This document shows, piece by piece, positions 9,018 through 18,117 of a DNA stretch of 38,833 bases. This stretch comes from Candidatus Limnocylindria bacterium. GTDB lineage: Bacteria; Chloroflexota; Limnocylindria; P2-11E. Where the stretch lies: positions 1-38,833 of the forward strand of contig DATKCP010000160.1 of the NCBI GenBank assembly GCA_035513115.1. The letters are read 5' to 3'. Numbering within the stretch: position 1 is the stretch's first letter; each line of letters begins with the position of its first letter. A program made the position numbers and the translations under genes. The notes below the pieces were generated by a model. The model saw nothing but the letters and a program-made list of their open reading frames with translations, had not been told where the DNA came from and did no database searches.

Positions 9018-11131
9018 TCAAGCTGCCGGCTGGCCCGCGGTTCGACCCGCCGCCCGTGGCGCTTCGCAGGATGCTGGGCGCGACGACGGCGCGGATGTAT
9101 GTGTTCGTCATCGTGACGGGCATCCTCACGTCGATCGCGATGCTGCTCTCGCCACCGGCGACGGTCGGCTACGACGTCGGGTCGCTCGCCGACCGCCAGG
9201 TGAGGGCGCCGCGCTCCGTGGCGTACGTCTCCGAGACGCTCACCCAGGCCGAACGCGAGCGGGCCGCCGCGGCGGTGCCCAGGGTCTACGCGCGCAACCC
9301 GGCCGTGGTGGCCAGCTCCCGCGACCGGCTGGCGCAGGCGGTCGCCGCCACCGGCCGGGTGCGCGCCGACACGGCGCAGAACCGCGAGCAGCGGATCACC
9401 TCACTCACGCGCCTCACCGAGGTCGCGATCAGCCCACAGATCGCGCCGCTGATCGTCGACATGCCCGCTCCCGAGTGGGACGCGGTGGCGAGAGAAGTGG
9501 ATAACGCGCTGCGCACGCTCTACCAGCCGGGCATCCGGCCGGAGCAGCTCGAGACCGCCAGGGATGCGTCGGCGACCGCGCTGCCGCCGGCGTGGACCGA
9601 TCGTCAGAAGACCGTCGGGGCCTGGCTGGTGAGGCAGTTCGTCGACTCGGATGTGGCCCTCGACCAGATCGCCACGACGACCGCGCAGGAGGCGGCGCGC
9701 AGCGGCGTCCCCGCGGTGCAGGTGCAGGTCGTTTCGGGCGAGGTCGTCGTGCGCGAGGGCACCGTCGTGAGCGAGCTCGACGTCGAGAAGCTGCGCGCGC
9801 TGGGTCTGGTCGATACGGGGATCGACTGGCCGGGTGCTGTCGGTCTCACGATCTGGGCGGTCCTCATCGCCGCGGTGCTCGCGTTGTTCGTCGCGCGCTA
9901 CGCGACCGAGGCCTGGAACGACGACCCCAAGATGATCCTCGTCATGCTGTCGCTGCTCGCTGTCACCGTGACCGCGCGAGCGTTGGTCCCAGGTCACACG
10001 CTCCTCGTCTACTTCGTCCCGTTCGCCGCGGTCGCGATGATCATCACCGTCCTCGTCGGCGGGCGCACGGCGCTCGCGACGCAGATCGCGGGCGCGCTGC
10101 ACGTCGGGATCCTGTCCGGCCAGGTCGAGCTCGTCGCGTATGTCCTCGTCCCCGCGCTCCTCGGCATGGCCGCGGTGCAGCGGGCCACCACCGCGCGCGA
10201 GTTCGCCGCGGGTGCGGGCGCGGTGGCCGTGGGCAACCTCGGTGTCGTCCTCTCGTTCACGCTCGTCGGCGAGTCCATCGATCCGGTCGGCGCGGCGCAG
10301 CTCGCGGTCGCGGCGCTGACGAGCGGAGCGGGCTCCGGACTTCTCGCGTTCGCGGGGATGGCGATCTTCGGCCACCTGTTCGGGATCACGACCGTGTTCG
10401 AGCTGCGCGAGCTCGCTGATCCGAACCATCCGCTGCTGCGGCAGCTCCTGCTCCGCACCCCCGGCACGTATCACCACTCGCTGCTCGTGGCGAACCTCGC
10501 GGAGCGCGCGGCCGAGGTGATCGGCGCCGACCCGCTCGTCGCGCGCGTCGGTGCCTACTACCACGACATCGGCAAGATGCGGAACCCCACCGGCTTCATC
10601 GAGAATCAGACCGGCACCAACCCCCATGACGAGCTCGATCCGGTCGTGTCCGCGGGTATCGTGGCCGCCCACGTCCGCGACGGGCTGTCGCTCGCGGAGC
10701 GCTATCACCTGCCGCCGATGATCCGCGAGATGATCCCGGCGCATCACGGCACCAGTGTCGTGAAGTACTTCTATCAGCTCGCGCAGCAGCGTGGCCAGAA
10801 TCCCGATGAAGCGTCCTTCCATTACCCCGGCCCCCGGCCGCGCACCAAGGAAGCCGGCATCGTGATGCTCGCGGACGGCACCGAGGCATCGGTGCGCTCG
10901 CTCGCGGAGAAGAAGCCCGAGACGATCCGCGCGATGGTCGAAAGGATCGTCGCCGATCGTGTGAGCGAAGGTCAGCTGGACGAGTGTGACCTCACGCTGC
11001 GCGACATCCAGCGGATCAAGGACGCGTTCTGCGAGCTCCTCCTGGGCGTGTACCACGAGCGGATCCCGTATCCGGAGGATCGGATCGCGCGGATCCCCCC
11101 GGCGGCCGACAAGGCGGCGTCCGACCGCTGA
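9014..11131 (+). CDS. pgpH: 7TM-receptor/HD-domain phosphohydrolase (PgpH/YqfF-like, putative c-di-AMP phosphodiesterase)
   Basis: 705 aa with an N-terminal TM helix, an extracytoplasmic domain, a 7-TM block and a C-terminal HD domain (HHSLLVANL...YYHDIGK). Conserved phoH-pgpH-ybeY order. GTGA overlap with phoH. Confidence 0.85.
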   Translation: MIKLPAGPRFDPPPVALRRMLGATTARMYVFVIVTGILTSIAMLLSPPATVGYDVGSLADRQVRAPRSVAYVSETLTQAERERAAAAVPRVYARNPAVVASSRDRLAQAVAATGRVRADTAQNREQRITSLTRLTEVAISPQIAPLIVDMPAPEWDAVAREVDNALRTLYQPGIRPEQLETARDASATALPPAWTDRQKTVGAWLVRQFVDSDVALDQIATTTAQEAARSGVPAVQVQVVSGEVVVREGTVVSELDVEKLRALGLVDTGIDWPGAVGLTIWAVLIAAVLALFVARYATEAWNDDPKMILVMLSLLAVTVTARALVPGHTLLVYFVPFAAVAMIITVLVGGRTALATQIAGALHVGILSGQVELVAYVLVPALLGMAAVQRATTAREFAAGAGAVAVGNLGVVLSFTLVGESIDPVGAAQLAVAALTSGAGSGLLAFAGMAIFGHLFGITTVFELRELADPNHPLLRQLLLRTPGTYHHSLLVANLAERAAEVIGADPLVARVGAYYHDIGKMRNPTGFIENQTGTNPHDELDPVVSAGIVAAHVRDGLSLAERYHLPPMIREMIPAHHGTSVVKYFYQLAQQRGQNPDEASFHYPGPRPRTKEAGIVMLADGTEASVRSLAEKKPETIRAMVERIVADRVSEGQLDECDLTLRDIQRIKDAFCELLLGVYHERIPYPEDRIARIPPAADKAASDR

Positions 11132-11184
11132 GGATCGCGGTCCGGGGCGATGCGCCATGTGACCTCCTGGCCGCGCGCCGCGCC

Positions 11185-11583
11185 GTGCGTGCCGCGCTCC
11201 GACCGTACGGCGTCGCGAAGGATGCGGAGCTCGTCATCGCGTTCGTCGACGACGCGGCCATGCGCGAGCTCAATCGCCGGTACCGGCGGAAGGACCGCAC
11301 CACCGACGTGCTGTCGTTCGGTCAGTCGCTGCGTCGCGGCACGAAGGGAACGACGGCCGCGTCGTCGCTGCGGCGCGAGGCCGACGGCACGCTCGAGCTC
11401 GGCGACATCGTCATCAGCGGTGCGCAGGCGGCGCGGCAGGCGAAACGGCGGCGCCGGCCGCTCGCGATGGAGGTCGCCTTCCTGGCCGCGCACGGGGCAC
11501 TCCACCTCCTCGGCTTCGAGGACGAGACGGGCGCCGGGTACCGCGAGATGCTGCGGCTGGGGCGCGAAGCGCTGAAGTCGTGA
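11185..11583 (+). CDS. ybeY: Endoribonuclease YbeY (rRNA maturation factor)
   Basis: Family motifs TDVLSF, GDIVIS and HGALHLLG. Coordinates use the first canonical start (GTG 11185). The reading frame is open and YbeY-like from 11128 (CTG overlapping the pgpH stop); see findings. Confidence 0.8.
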   Translation: MRAALRPYGVAKDAELVIAFVDDAAMRELNRRYRRKDRTTDVLSFGQSLRRGTKGTTAASSLRREADGTLELGDIVISGAQAARQAKRRRRPLAMEVAFLAAHGALHLLGFEDETGAGYREMLRLGREALKS

Positions 11584-11616
11584 GCGGCTGCCTCTGGCGG
11601 GGCGTCGCGCCCCCGG

Positions 11617-12417
11617 TCAGCGCTGGGTGCCGGGTACCGGCATGGCTCCGGGGTACGTACGTGATCGCTCGTACGACCTGACCGGGCCGGTCGCGCGTAG
11701 GGCGAGAACGATGCGATGCCGCATCTTCAGGCCCAGGAGCGAGAGCGCGACGCCGATCGATCCCCCGAGGCCGAAGTGGAGCCGGCTGTCCGGATCGTGC
11801 CGCCACAGGGCGGGCCGCTGGCTGATGCGGGCGCCCCGCTGCGTGGCCATCGCGAGCACCTCGGTGTCGAACAGCACGCCCGACTCCGTCGATCCGGCGA
11901 AGAGCTCGCGGCCAAGCGCACCGCGATAGAGCTTCAGACCGCACTGCGGGTCGGGCACGCCGCGCAGGACGAGCAGCTGCGCGAGGAAGCCGTAGAGCTT
12001 TCCCATCGTTTCGCGCGGCCGCGACTGGCGGCGCTCGAGCCGCGTGCCGGGCAGAGCGCGGGACAGGATCGCGATCTCCGCGTCCTCCAGGTCGCCGAGC
12101 AGAAGCTCGAGCTGCTCGATCGGAGCGGAAAGGTCCGCGTCGGCGAAGCCGACGATCTCGCCACGGCTGGCGAGTATCCCGGCGCGCACCGCCGCGCCTT
12201 TGCCCTGATTCGCCGGGAGCTGGATGAGCCGAAGCGCCGGCCACCGGACGCTCCACTCGCGCACGAGGCCCGCGGTGCCGTCGGTGCTCCCGTCGTCCAC
12301 GACGATGACCTCGGCGTCGCGATGCCCGGCGCGGGCGAGGTGCGCGGACACGAGCTCCAGCGACCGTGACAGGCGCTCGTACTCGTTGTACGCGGGGACC
12401 ACGATCGAGAGCTGCAT
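11617..12417 (-). CDS. Family 2 glycosyltransferase (dolichyl/polyprenyl-phosphate glycosyltransferase-like)
   Basis: Starts MQLSIVVPAYNE, with VIVVDDGSTDGT, NQGKGAAV and the DAD motif (FADADLS). Start set at the ATG at 12417, preceded by GAGGTG. Confidence 0.85.
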   Translation of the reverse strand: MQLSIVVPAYNEYERLSRSLELVSAHLARAGHRDAEVIVVDDGSTDGTAGLVREWSVRWPALRLIQLPANQGKGAAVRAGILASRGEIVGFADADLSAPIEQLELLLGDLEDAEIAILSRALPGTRLERRQSRPRETMGKLYGFLAQLLVLRGVPDPQCGLKLYRGALGRELFAGSTESGVLFDTEVLAMATQRGARISQRPALWRHDPDSRLHFGLGGSIGVALSLLGLKMRHRIVLALRATGPVRSYERSRTYPGAMPVPGTQR

Positions 12418-12491
12418 GCCCACCTCGGCATCATAGGAATCGGCCCGGTGCATGGGGGAGGCAGCCGGGTATCAGGCGACTTTTGGGCGCG

Positions 12492-13310
12492 TTAGCGCCA
12501 TCTTGCGAGGATGTTCTCGCGCTGGAACGCGAGCCGCGCGAAGAGGAACACCGCGACGTCCACCACGACGAGGATCGCGGTGAACTGCACGAAGGCCTCG
12601 TTGTCGAGGACGACACGTCCGGTCACGTGAGCGATCCCGAGGCCGACGACCGGCACGACGACGAGACCGCCGATCTGCTGCGCCACGCGCACGTCGTTCA
12701 CGCGCGTCGAGATGAGGATGCCGAGGTTGACCGAGAGCATCGTGATGAGCGGCACCAGCACGATGATCGCCAGCACCCAACGCGGCGCGGTCACCGCGTT
12801 CACGGCGGCCTGGCTTCCGAGCGCGGACACCGACAGCAGGTAGATGGCGTAGGCGAGCCACGTGACGATCACCGACGGGATCGTCGAGGCGAGGCTCTTC
12901 GCGAGCAGGAGCTCTCCGACGCCCACCGGCGTCGCGAGGAGCGGCTCGAGGGTCCGGGCCGCCTTCTCGCCGATGACCGAGAAGATGGCCATGGTGAGCG
13001 GGACGACGGTCGGGATGAGCATGAACAGGATCAGGAAGTAGGTCGCGATGAAGCCCTGAATGGCCTCCTTGGGATCGAGTCCCGCGGCCGCGGGCGCCGC
13101 GGCGTACAGCGCCTGCATGTCACGGTCGCTCGGCGGGTTTGCCGCGGCCGCCGCGACCGCGCCGATCCCGGCGGCGAGGATGACGACCGGCGGGAGCAGC
13201 GTCATGGCCACCAGCAGCTTGTTGCCGAGGGCCTCGCGCCACTCGCGGATGCACACCGCGCGCACCAGCGCGCCACGCTCCGGCGTTCGCGCGAGCGCGA
13301 TCGTCGTCAC
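12492..13310 (-). CDS. ABC-2 type exporter permease
   Basis: The C-terminal 272 codons of track ORF 12492..14126 form a 6-TM ABC-2-like permease. The GTG start at 13310 overlaps the ATPase stop (GTGA). Confidence 0.8.
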   Translation of the reverse strand: MTTIALARTPERGALVRAVCIREWREALGNKLLVAMTLLPPVVILAAGIGAVAAAAANPPSDRDMQALYAAAPAAAGLDPKEAIQGFIATYFLILFMLIPTVVPLTMAIFSVIGEKAARTLEPLLATPVGVGELLLAKSLASTIPSVIVTWLAYAIYLLSVSALGSQAAVNAVTAPRWVLAIIVLVPLITMLSVNLGILISTRVNDVRVAQQIGGLVVVPVVGLGIAHVTGRVVLDNEAFVQFTAILVVVDVAVFLFARLAFQRENILARWR

Positions 13311-14275
13311 GATCGGGGGGTTCTCGGGGGGCGCAGCCCCCCGGTGGCTGTCTGACCTTCGACGATGCTGAGATACACGTCCTCGAGATGGACCCTCCGC
13401 TCGACGACGTACGCGATCTGCGCGCCGCCCTCGACCAGCGCGCGTACGAGCAGGGGATTCGTCCGCAGCGGGTCCGCCGCGGACACGACGATCGAGCCGT
13501 TCTCGAGGTGCGCTTCGCGCACGCCCGGGGTGCCCTGCACGCGGACGAGATCCTCGGGGCGGGGCGCGGGCACGAGGCGGATCTCGGTGGCGCGGCCGTA
13601 GAGCTCGGCGCGAAGGCGATCCGGCGTGTCGATGCGGATGACCGACTGCCGGAAGAACGCGATGCGGTCGCACAGCCGATCCGCCTCGTCGAGGTTGTGC
13701 GTGCAGAGGAATACGGTGCGTCCCTGGCCGCGCAGCGCGACGATGAACTCGCGCACGGTCTTCGCGGCATCGGGGTCCAGTCCGGTGGTCGGCTCGTCGA
13801 GGAAGAGCACGCGCGGCTCGTGAAGCGCGGCGCGCGCGATCGCCATCTTCTGCTTCATGCCGCGCGAGAACGTCGCGACGGCCTCCAGACGCCGATCCCA
13901 CAGCCCCATCAGCCGCAGGAAGTGCTCGGCCTGCCGCGCCGCGGCCGTGCGGTCCAGGCCGTACAGCGTCGCGAAGAACACGAGGTTGTCCCACGCGGAC
14001 TGCCTCTCGTAGAGGCCGGGCTGCTCGGTCAGGATGCCCACGGCCGCGCGGATCTCGGGATCCTGCCGTCCGAGGCGGTATCCGGCGACCTCCGCGGTTC
14101 CGGACGTCGGTCCGATCAGCGCGCACAGGAGGCGCAGCGTGGTCGTCTTGCCGGCACCGTTCGGGCCGAGGAACCCGAAGACCTCGCCCTCCTGCACCTC
14201 GAGATCGAGGCCGTCGACGGCGACGAGCGTGCCGAAGCGCTTCGTCAGGCTCTCGGTGCGGATCACGGTCTGCAC
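13307..14275 (-). CDS. ABC transporter ATP-binding protein (ABC-2 exporter ATPase)
   Basis: Walker A GPNGAGKTT, signature region FSRGMKQKM, Walker B LFLDEPTTGLD and H-loop CTHNLDE. Confidence 0.9.
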   Translation of the reverse strand: MQTVIRTESLTKRFGTLVAVDGLDLEVQEGEVFGFLGPNGAGKTTTLRLLCALIGPTSGTAEVAGYRLGRQDPEIRAAVGILTEQPGLYERQSAWDNLVFFATLYGLDRTAAARQAEHFLRLMGLWDRRLEAVATFSRGMKQKMAIARAALHEPRVLFLDEPTTGLDPDAAKTVREFIVALRGQGRTVFLCTHNLDEADRLCDRIAFFRQSVIRIDTPDRLRAELYGRATEIRLVPAPRPEDLVRVQGTPGVREAHLENGSIVVSAADPLRTNPLLVRALVEGGAQIAYVVERRVHLEDVYLSIVEGQTATGGLRPPRTPRS

Positions 14276-14316
14276 GCGAGCGAGTCTATTGGCGGTGCGT
14301 CCCTATCCTTGACGCC

Positions 14317-15957
14317 GTGACCCCCACCGATGCCGAACGGAAGCTGCGTGAGCTGTCCTTCCTCCACGAGGTCGCGCGGCTCGCGTCGTCGGCGCGCGAC
14401 TGGGACGAGATGCTCCACATCGTCATCGACCGGACCACCGACGCCATGCGCGCCGAGGTGTCGAGTCTGTATCTCCTCGAACGGCGCGAAGGGCTGCTGC
14501 GCCTGGTCGCCACGAACGGCCTGAACCCGCGCGCGGTCGGCCGCGCCACGCTGCGCTACGGCGAGGGCATCACCGGCTGGGTCGCGAACGCTCGCGTCCC
14601 GCTGGCGGTTCGCGACGTGCGCAACGAGCCGCGCTGGAAGGTGGTCCCGACCGTCGACGTCGACCGCTTCACGTCGATGCTCTCCGTGCCGCTCGTATCG
14701 CGCGACGAGGTCATCGGCGTGATGAACGTGCAGACGGTCGAGCCGCGCGACTTCGACCGCACCGAGATCGACTTCCTTCAGACGATCGCGAACCAGGTGG
14801 CGGGCATCATCGAGAAGGGCCGCCTGCAGCGCGAGTCGGAACGCAAGCTGCGCGAGGTGTCGGCACTCTTCGAGGTCTCGAACGTCCTGACGTCGACCCT
14901 CGACCTCGACGAGGTGCTTTCGCTGATCGTCGACCGCCTCGTGCGCGTATATCCGGGTTCCGCGGGCGCCATCTACCTGCGCGACCGCGACGACGTGCGC
15001 GAACGCGCTCGCTCGGGCGACATCGGAAAGTCGCTGCCACCGGCGGCGCGGCAGGCGATGGCGGAGACGCGGCCGATCGTCGAGGGTGACCACGTCGCGC
15101 TCCCGCTCCTCGCGGGCGACCGGCTCCTCGGCGCGGTCGCGCTGCGCGTGCCGGCCGGCATCGAGCTCGCCGACGAGGAGGTCGCGTTCGTCGGCGCGCT
15201 CGCGAACCAGGCCGCCCTGGCCATCGACAAGGCGGCGCTGTACGCCCTCGAGCGCCAGACGACCGAGAGCCTGCGCGAGCTCGAACGCGCACGGAGCGAG
15301 TTCGTGGCCGTGGTCACGCACGATCTGCGCACGCCGCTGTCGGTGATCCGCGGCTATCTCGATCTGCTCGCGGAGAAGAACGGGAACCGCAGGATCCCGA
15401 TCGACGAGGCCGTCGCGCAGGTGGTCCGCCTCGACCAGCTCGTCGACCGCATCCTCACCGGCGTCCGCGTGGACCACCCCGATCTGACCCTCCGCCGCGC
15501 CAGATTCGATCTGCGCGCGACCGCGATCGCGACGCTCAGGGAGCTCGCGCCGATCGCGCGCCGGCATCGCCTCGGCGGTCCGCGCGAGGGCGCGGCCATC
15601 TGGGTGCGCGGCGACCGGAGGCGCACCGCCGAGGTGCTCTCCGGCCTCGTGCACAACGCGACGAAGTACGCACCCGAGGGGACGCGGATCAGCGTCAAGG
15701 TCGAACGGCGCCGCGACCGCGGCGTCGTGCGGGTCGTCGACGAAGGTCAGGGCGTCGCCCCCCGGGATCGCGCGCGGATCTTCGAGCCCTACGTGCGTGC
15801 CGCGGCGCACGCCGAGCTGCCCGGCTCGGGCATCGGCCTGTTCGCCTCGCGGCGCGTCGTCGAGGCGCAGGGTGGCGACATCTGGTACGAGGAGAGTCCC
15901 GGGGGCGGTGGCGTGTTCGCCTTCAGCGTGCCGCTGGCGAGCGAGGGGCGCGGTTGA
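14317..15957 (+). CDS. Cytoplasmic sensor histidine kinase with two GAF domains
   Basis: 546 aa with no TM segments. It has two GAF-like domains, the H-box FVAVVTHDLRTPL and HATPase motifs (HNATKY, DEGQGV, GSGIGL). Confidence 0.9.
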   Translation: MTPTDAERKLRELSFLHEVARLASSARDWDEMLHIVIDRTTDAMRAEVSSLYLLERREGLLRLVATNGLNPRAVGRATLRYGEGITGWVANARVPLAVRDVRNEPRWKVVPTVDVDRFTSMLSVPLVSRDEVIGVMNVQTVEPRDFDRTEIDFLQTIANQVAGIIEKGRLQRESERKLREVSALFEVSNVLTSTLDLDEVLSLIVDRLVRVYPGSAGAIYLRDRDDVRERARSGDIGKSLPPAARQAMAETRPIVEGDHVALPLLAGDRLLGAVALRVPAGIELADEEVAFVGALANQAALAIDKAALYALERQTTESLRELERARSEFVAVVTHDLRTPLSVIRGYLDLLAEKNGNRRIPIDEAVAQVVRLDQLVDRILTGVRVDHPDLTLRRARFDLRATAIATLRELAPIARRHRLGGPREGAAIWVRGDRRRTAEVLSGLVHNATKYAPEGTRISVKVERRRDRGVVRVVDEGQGVAPRDRARIFEPYVRAAAHAELPGSGIGLFASRRVVEAQGGDIWYEESPGGGGVFAFSVPLASEGRG

Positions 15958-16622
15958 CGAGCGTGCTGGTCGTCGACGACGAGCGCGCGATGGTGGGGAT
16001 GGTGGCCGCCCTCCTCGGCGAGGACGGCTACGAGGTCGTCACCGCCTACGACGGCGAGGCCGCGCTGAGGCGCCACGCCGAAGAAACGCCGGACCTGGTC
16101 ATCCTCGATCGCGGGCTGCCCAAGCTGTCGGGCGACGAGGTCTGCCGGCGCATCCGCGCCGCGTCGTCCACGCCGATCCTCATGCTCACCGGCGAGAAAG
16201 GCAGCGACGAGCGCGCGCGCCTTCTGGACCTCGGCGCGGACGATTACCTGGAGAAGCCCTTCTCGAAGAAGGAGCTCTCCGCGCGCGTGCGCGCGCTGCT
16301 TCGCCGCGCCGCTCCGGCGTCCCGCGCGCGGCCCGCGGCGTCGATCGGCAGGCTCACGGTGGACACGCGCGCGCATCAGGCGAGCGTCGCGGGAAAGGCG
16401 CTCGACCTGACGCCGACCGAGTTCCGGCTGCTCGCGGCGCTGGCGGTGCATCCGGGCGACGTCGTGGACCGCCGCGCGCTGCTCCGCGCGGGCTGGCCGG
16501 AGGAACGCGACCCCGATCCCGAGTGGTTGAAGGCACACCTCGCGCGTCTGCGATCGAAGCTCGACGGCGCGGGAGCGCCCGCGCTCTCGAACGTGCGTGG
16601 CGTCGGCTATCGCCTCGGCTAG
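15954..16622 (+). CDS. OmpR-family DNA-binding response regulator
   Basis: Receiver domain (VLVVDDE, DLVILDRGLPKLSG, LTGE) plus a winged-helix output domain (LTPTEFRLL...VRGVGYRL). TTGA overlap with the kinase stop. Confidence 0.9.
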   Translation: MTSVLVVDDERAMVGMVAALLGEDGYEVVTAYDGEAALRRHAEETPDLVILDRGLPKLSGDEVCRRIRAASSTPILMLTGEKGSDERARLLDLGADDYLEKPFSKKELSARVRALLRRAAPASRARPAASIGRLTVDTRAHQASVAGKALDLTPTEFRLLAALAVHPGDVVDRRALLRAGWPEERDPDPEWLKAHLARLRSKLDGAGAPALSNVRGVGYRLG

Positions 16623-17184
16623 GGGACTACCCACGGCGCCGCTGGTCTGCGGCGCGGTGAACTTCGCCGCCGCGGTCGTCATGGCGTTCGTGCTCGCTCC
16701 GGCGACGCCGCTGCTGGCCGACGCGTCCTCGCGCTCGGAGTACGTGCAGACCAATCTGTGGGCGTGGCGACTCGGCTGGTCGGTGTGGATCGCGGCCGCG
16801 CTCTCGCTTCTCTGGTTCTACTCGTGGTGGCGCGCCCGTGTCGGCGCGTCGCACGCGCCCGTCGTCATCGCGGTCTTTGGCTTTCTCGCCGATGCCGCCG
16901 CCGAGACGGCGCTGATCGTCTACCTCGAGGCGACGGCCTTCGTCGCATTCTGGCTGACCGGCGTCGTCGCGAACGGCCTGTACACCATCGGCGGGATCTG
17001 GCTGACGCTCGCGACACGCCTGGGCACCGCCGAGCGCATCTGGTCCGGTGTGATGTGGGCCGCCGGCATCACCTTGAGCGTCGCCACTCTGACCGGTCTC
17101 TACCTGACCGCGGCCGTCGCGACGGCGGTCCTCTTCGCGCTCTTCTGCCCGTGGTGCGTCTACCTCGCGGTGAAGCTCCGCTGA
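16597..17184 (+). CDS. Hypothetical integral membrane protein (about 5 TM helices, Trp-rich loops)
   Basis: Hydrophobic 195-aa ORF with high third-position GC. Alternative in-frame starts are GTG 16657 and ATG 16681. I recognise no family. Confidence 0.55.
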   Translation: MASAIASARGLPTAPLVCGAVNFAAAVVMAFVLAPATPLLADASSRSEYVQTNLWAWRLGWSVWIAAALSLLWFYSWWRARVGASHAPVVIAVFGFLADAAAETALIVYLEATAFVAFWLTGVVANGLYTIGGIWLTLATRLGTAERIWSGVMWAAGITLSVATLTGLYLTAAVATAVLFALFCPWCVYLAVKLR

Positions 17185-18116
17185 GGCGCGTCGTCGTCAT
17201 CGGCGCCGGCTTCTTCGGTGGCGTCATCGCGCGCCGTCTCGCGGACGTCGGCATCCCACTGGTCGTCGCATCGCGTACGCGTGGCGACATGCGCATCGAC
17301 GTCGAGGACCGCGGCTCGCTTGCTCGCGCCCTCCAGGCGCACGACGTGGTCGTCGACACCGCTGGGCCGTTCCAGGCGCGCTCGACGACGTTGGTGGAGG
17401 CGGCGATCGACCGTGGCTGTGACGTCGTCGATCTCTCCGATGCCCGCGCTTATGCCGAAGCGGTGCTCGCGCTCCACGATCGCGCGGCAGCGCACGGTGT
17501 GCGGATCCTGACCTCATGCAGCGCGATCGCGACGGTCGCCGCGTCGGCTATCCGCGCGAGTGGCCTCGCCTCGCCGGAGGCGTGCGATCTCTTCCTGGCG
17601 CCGGCCTCGGCCGAAACGGGCAATCCCGCGACCGTGCGCGCGTTCCTCGCGTCGGTCGATTGGTCTCGTGCGCGCGGCTTCCCGGGCGGCGGCCGCCGCG
17701 GTCACCGGGTGGAGAGCGCCGCGACCGTGCTGCTCCCGCGCTCCTGGCCGAGCCTTCGCCGCGTGGAGCTCTGGGTCGATCCGAACGCGCCGTTCGCGGC
17801 GACGTCGCTCGCCCTGGCGTCACGCCTCGGCCTGGCGCGATTGGCCGAGGCGGTCGCGCCACTGTCGGCGCACCTGCTGGGGCGGCGGGACGGGCTGTTC
17901 CTGATCGCGGTCGCGGGTGCTGGCCGCGAGCACGTGACGCGCCTCGCGGCGGCGCGTGGCAGCTATCTCATTGCCGCGGAGCCCGCGGTGCTGGCCGCGG
18001 AGTCGCTCGCGCGCGGCGCGGACATCCCAGCCGGCGTCGTGCCGGCCGACACGCAGGTCGACGCGGCGGCCCTGTTCGCGCGGCTTCGGGGCCTGGGCGT
18101 GGACGTGCGCACCTAG
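17151..18116 (+). CDS. Saccharopine dehydrogenase-like NAD(P)-binding protein
   Basis: Rossmann N-terminus RRVVVIGAGFFGG and VVDTAGPF. The upstream part of track ORF 16758..18116 is out-of-frame overlap with the membrane gene. Start is GTG 17151/17154 or CTG 17181 (CTGA overlap). Confidence 0.7.
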   Translation: MVRLPRGEAPLRRVVVIGAGFFGGVIARRLADVGIPLVVASRTRGDMRIDVEDRGSLARALQAHDVVVDTAGPFQARSTTLVEAAIDRGCDVVDLSDARAYAEAVLALHDRAAAHGVRILTSCSAIATVAASAIRASGLASPEACDLFLAPASAETGNPATVRAFLASVDWSRARGFPGGGRRGHRVESAATVLLPRSWPSLRRVELWVDPNAPFAATSLALASRLGLARLAEAVAPLSAHLLGRRDGLFLIAVAGAGREHVTRLAAARGSYLIAAEPAVLAAESLARGADIPAGVVPADTQVDAAALFARLRGLGVDVRT

Positions 18117-18117
18117 A

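Noticed and set aside
9035-9055. GGTTCGA T-loop-like string that might indicate a tRNA
   Set aside because: It lies inside the pgpH coding frame and has no acceptor or anticodon stem complementarity around it.
9401-11158. 585-aa minus-strand ORF
   Set aside because: It is antisense to the well-supported 7TM-HD gene. Its composition is dominated by R, D, E, H and G with no recognisable domain, which is a typical open-frame artefact of high GC.
14263-15810. 515-aa minus-strand ORF
   Set aside because: It is antisense to the GAF histidine kinase, which has clear H-box and ATPase motifs. No motifs are recognisable in the antisense product.
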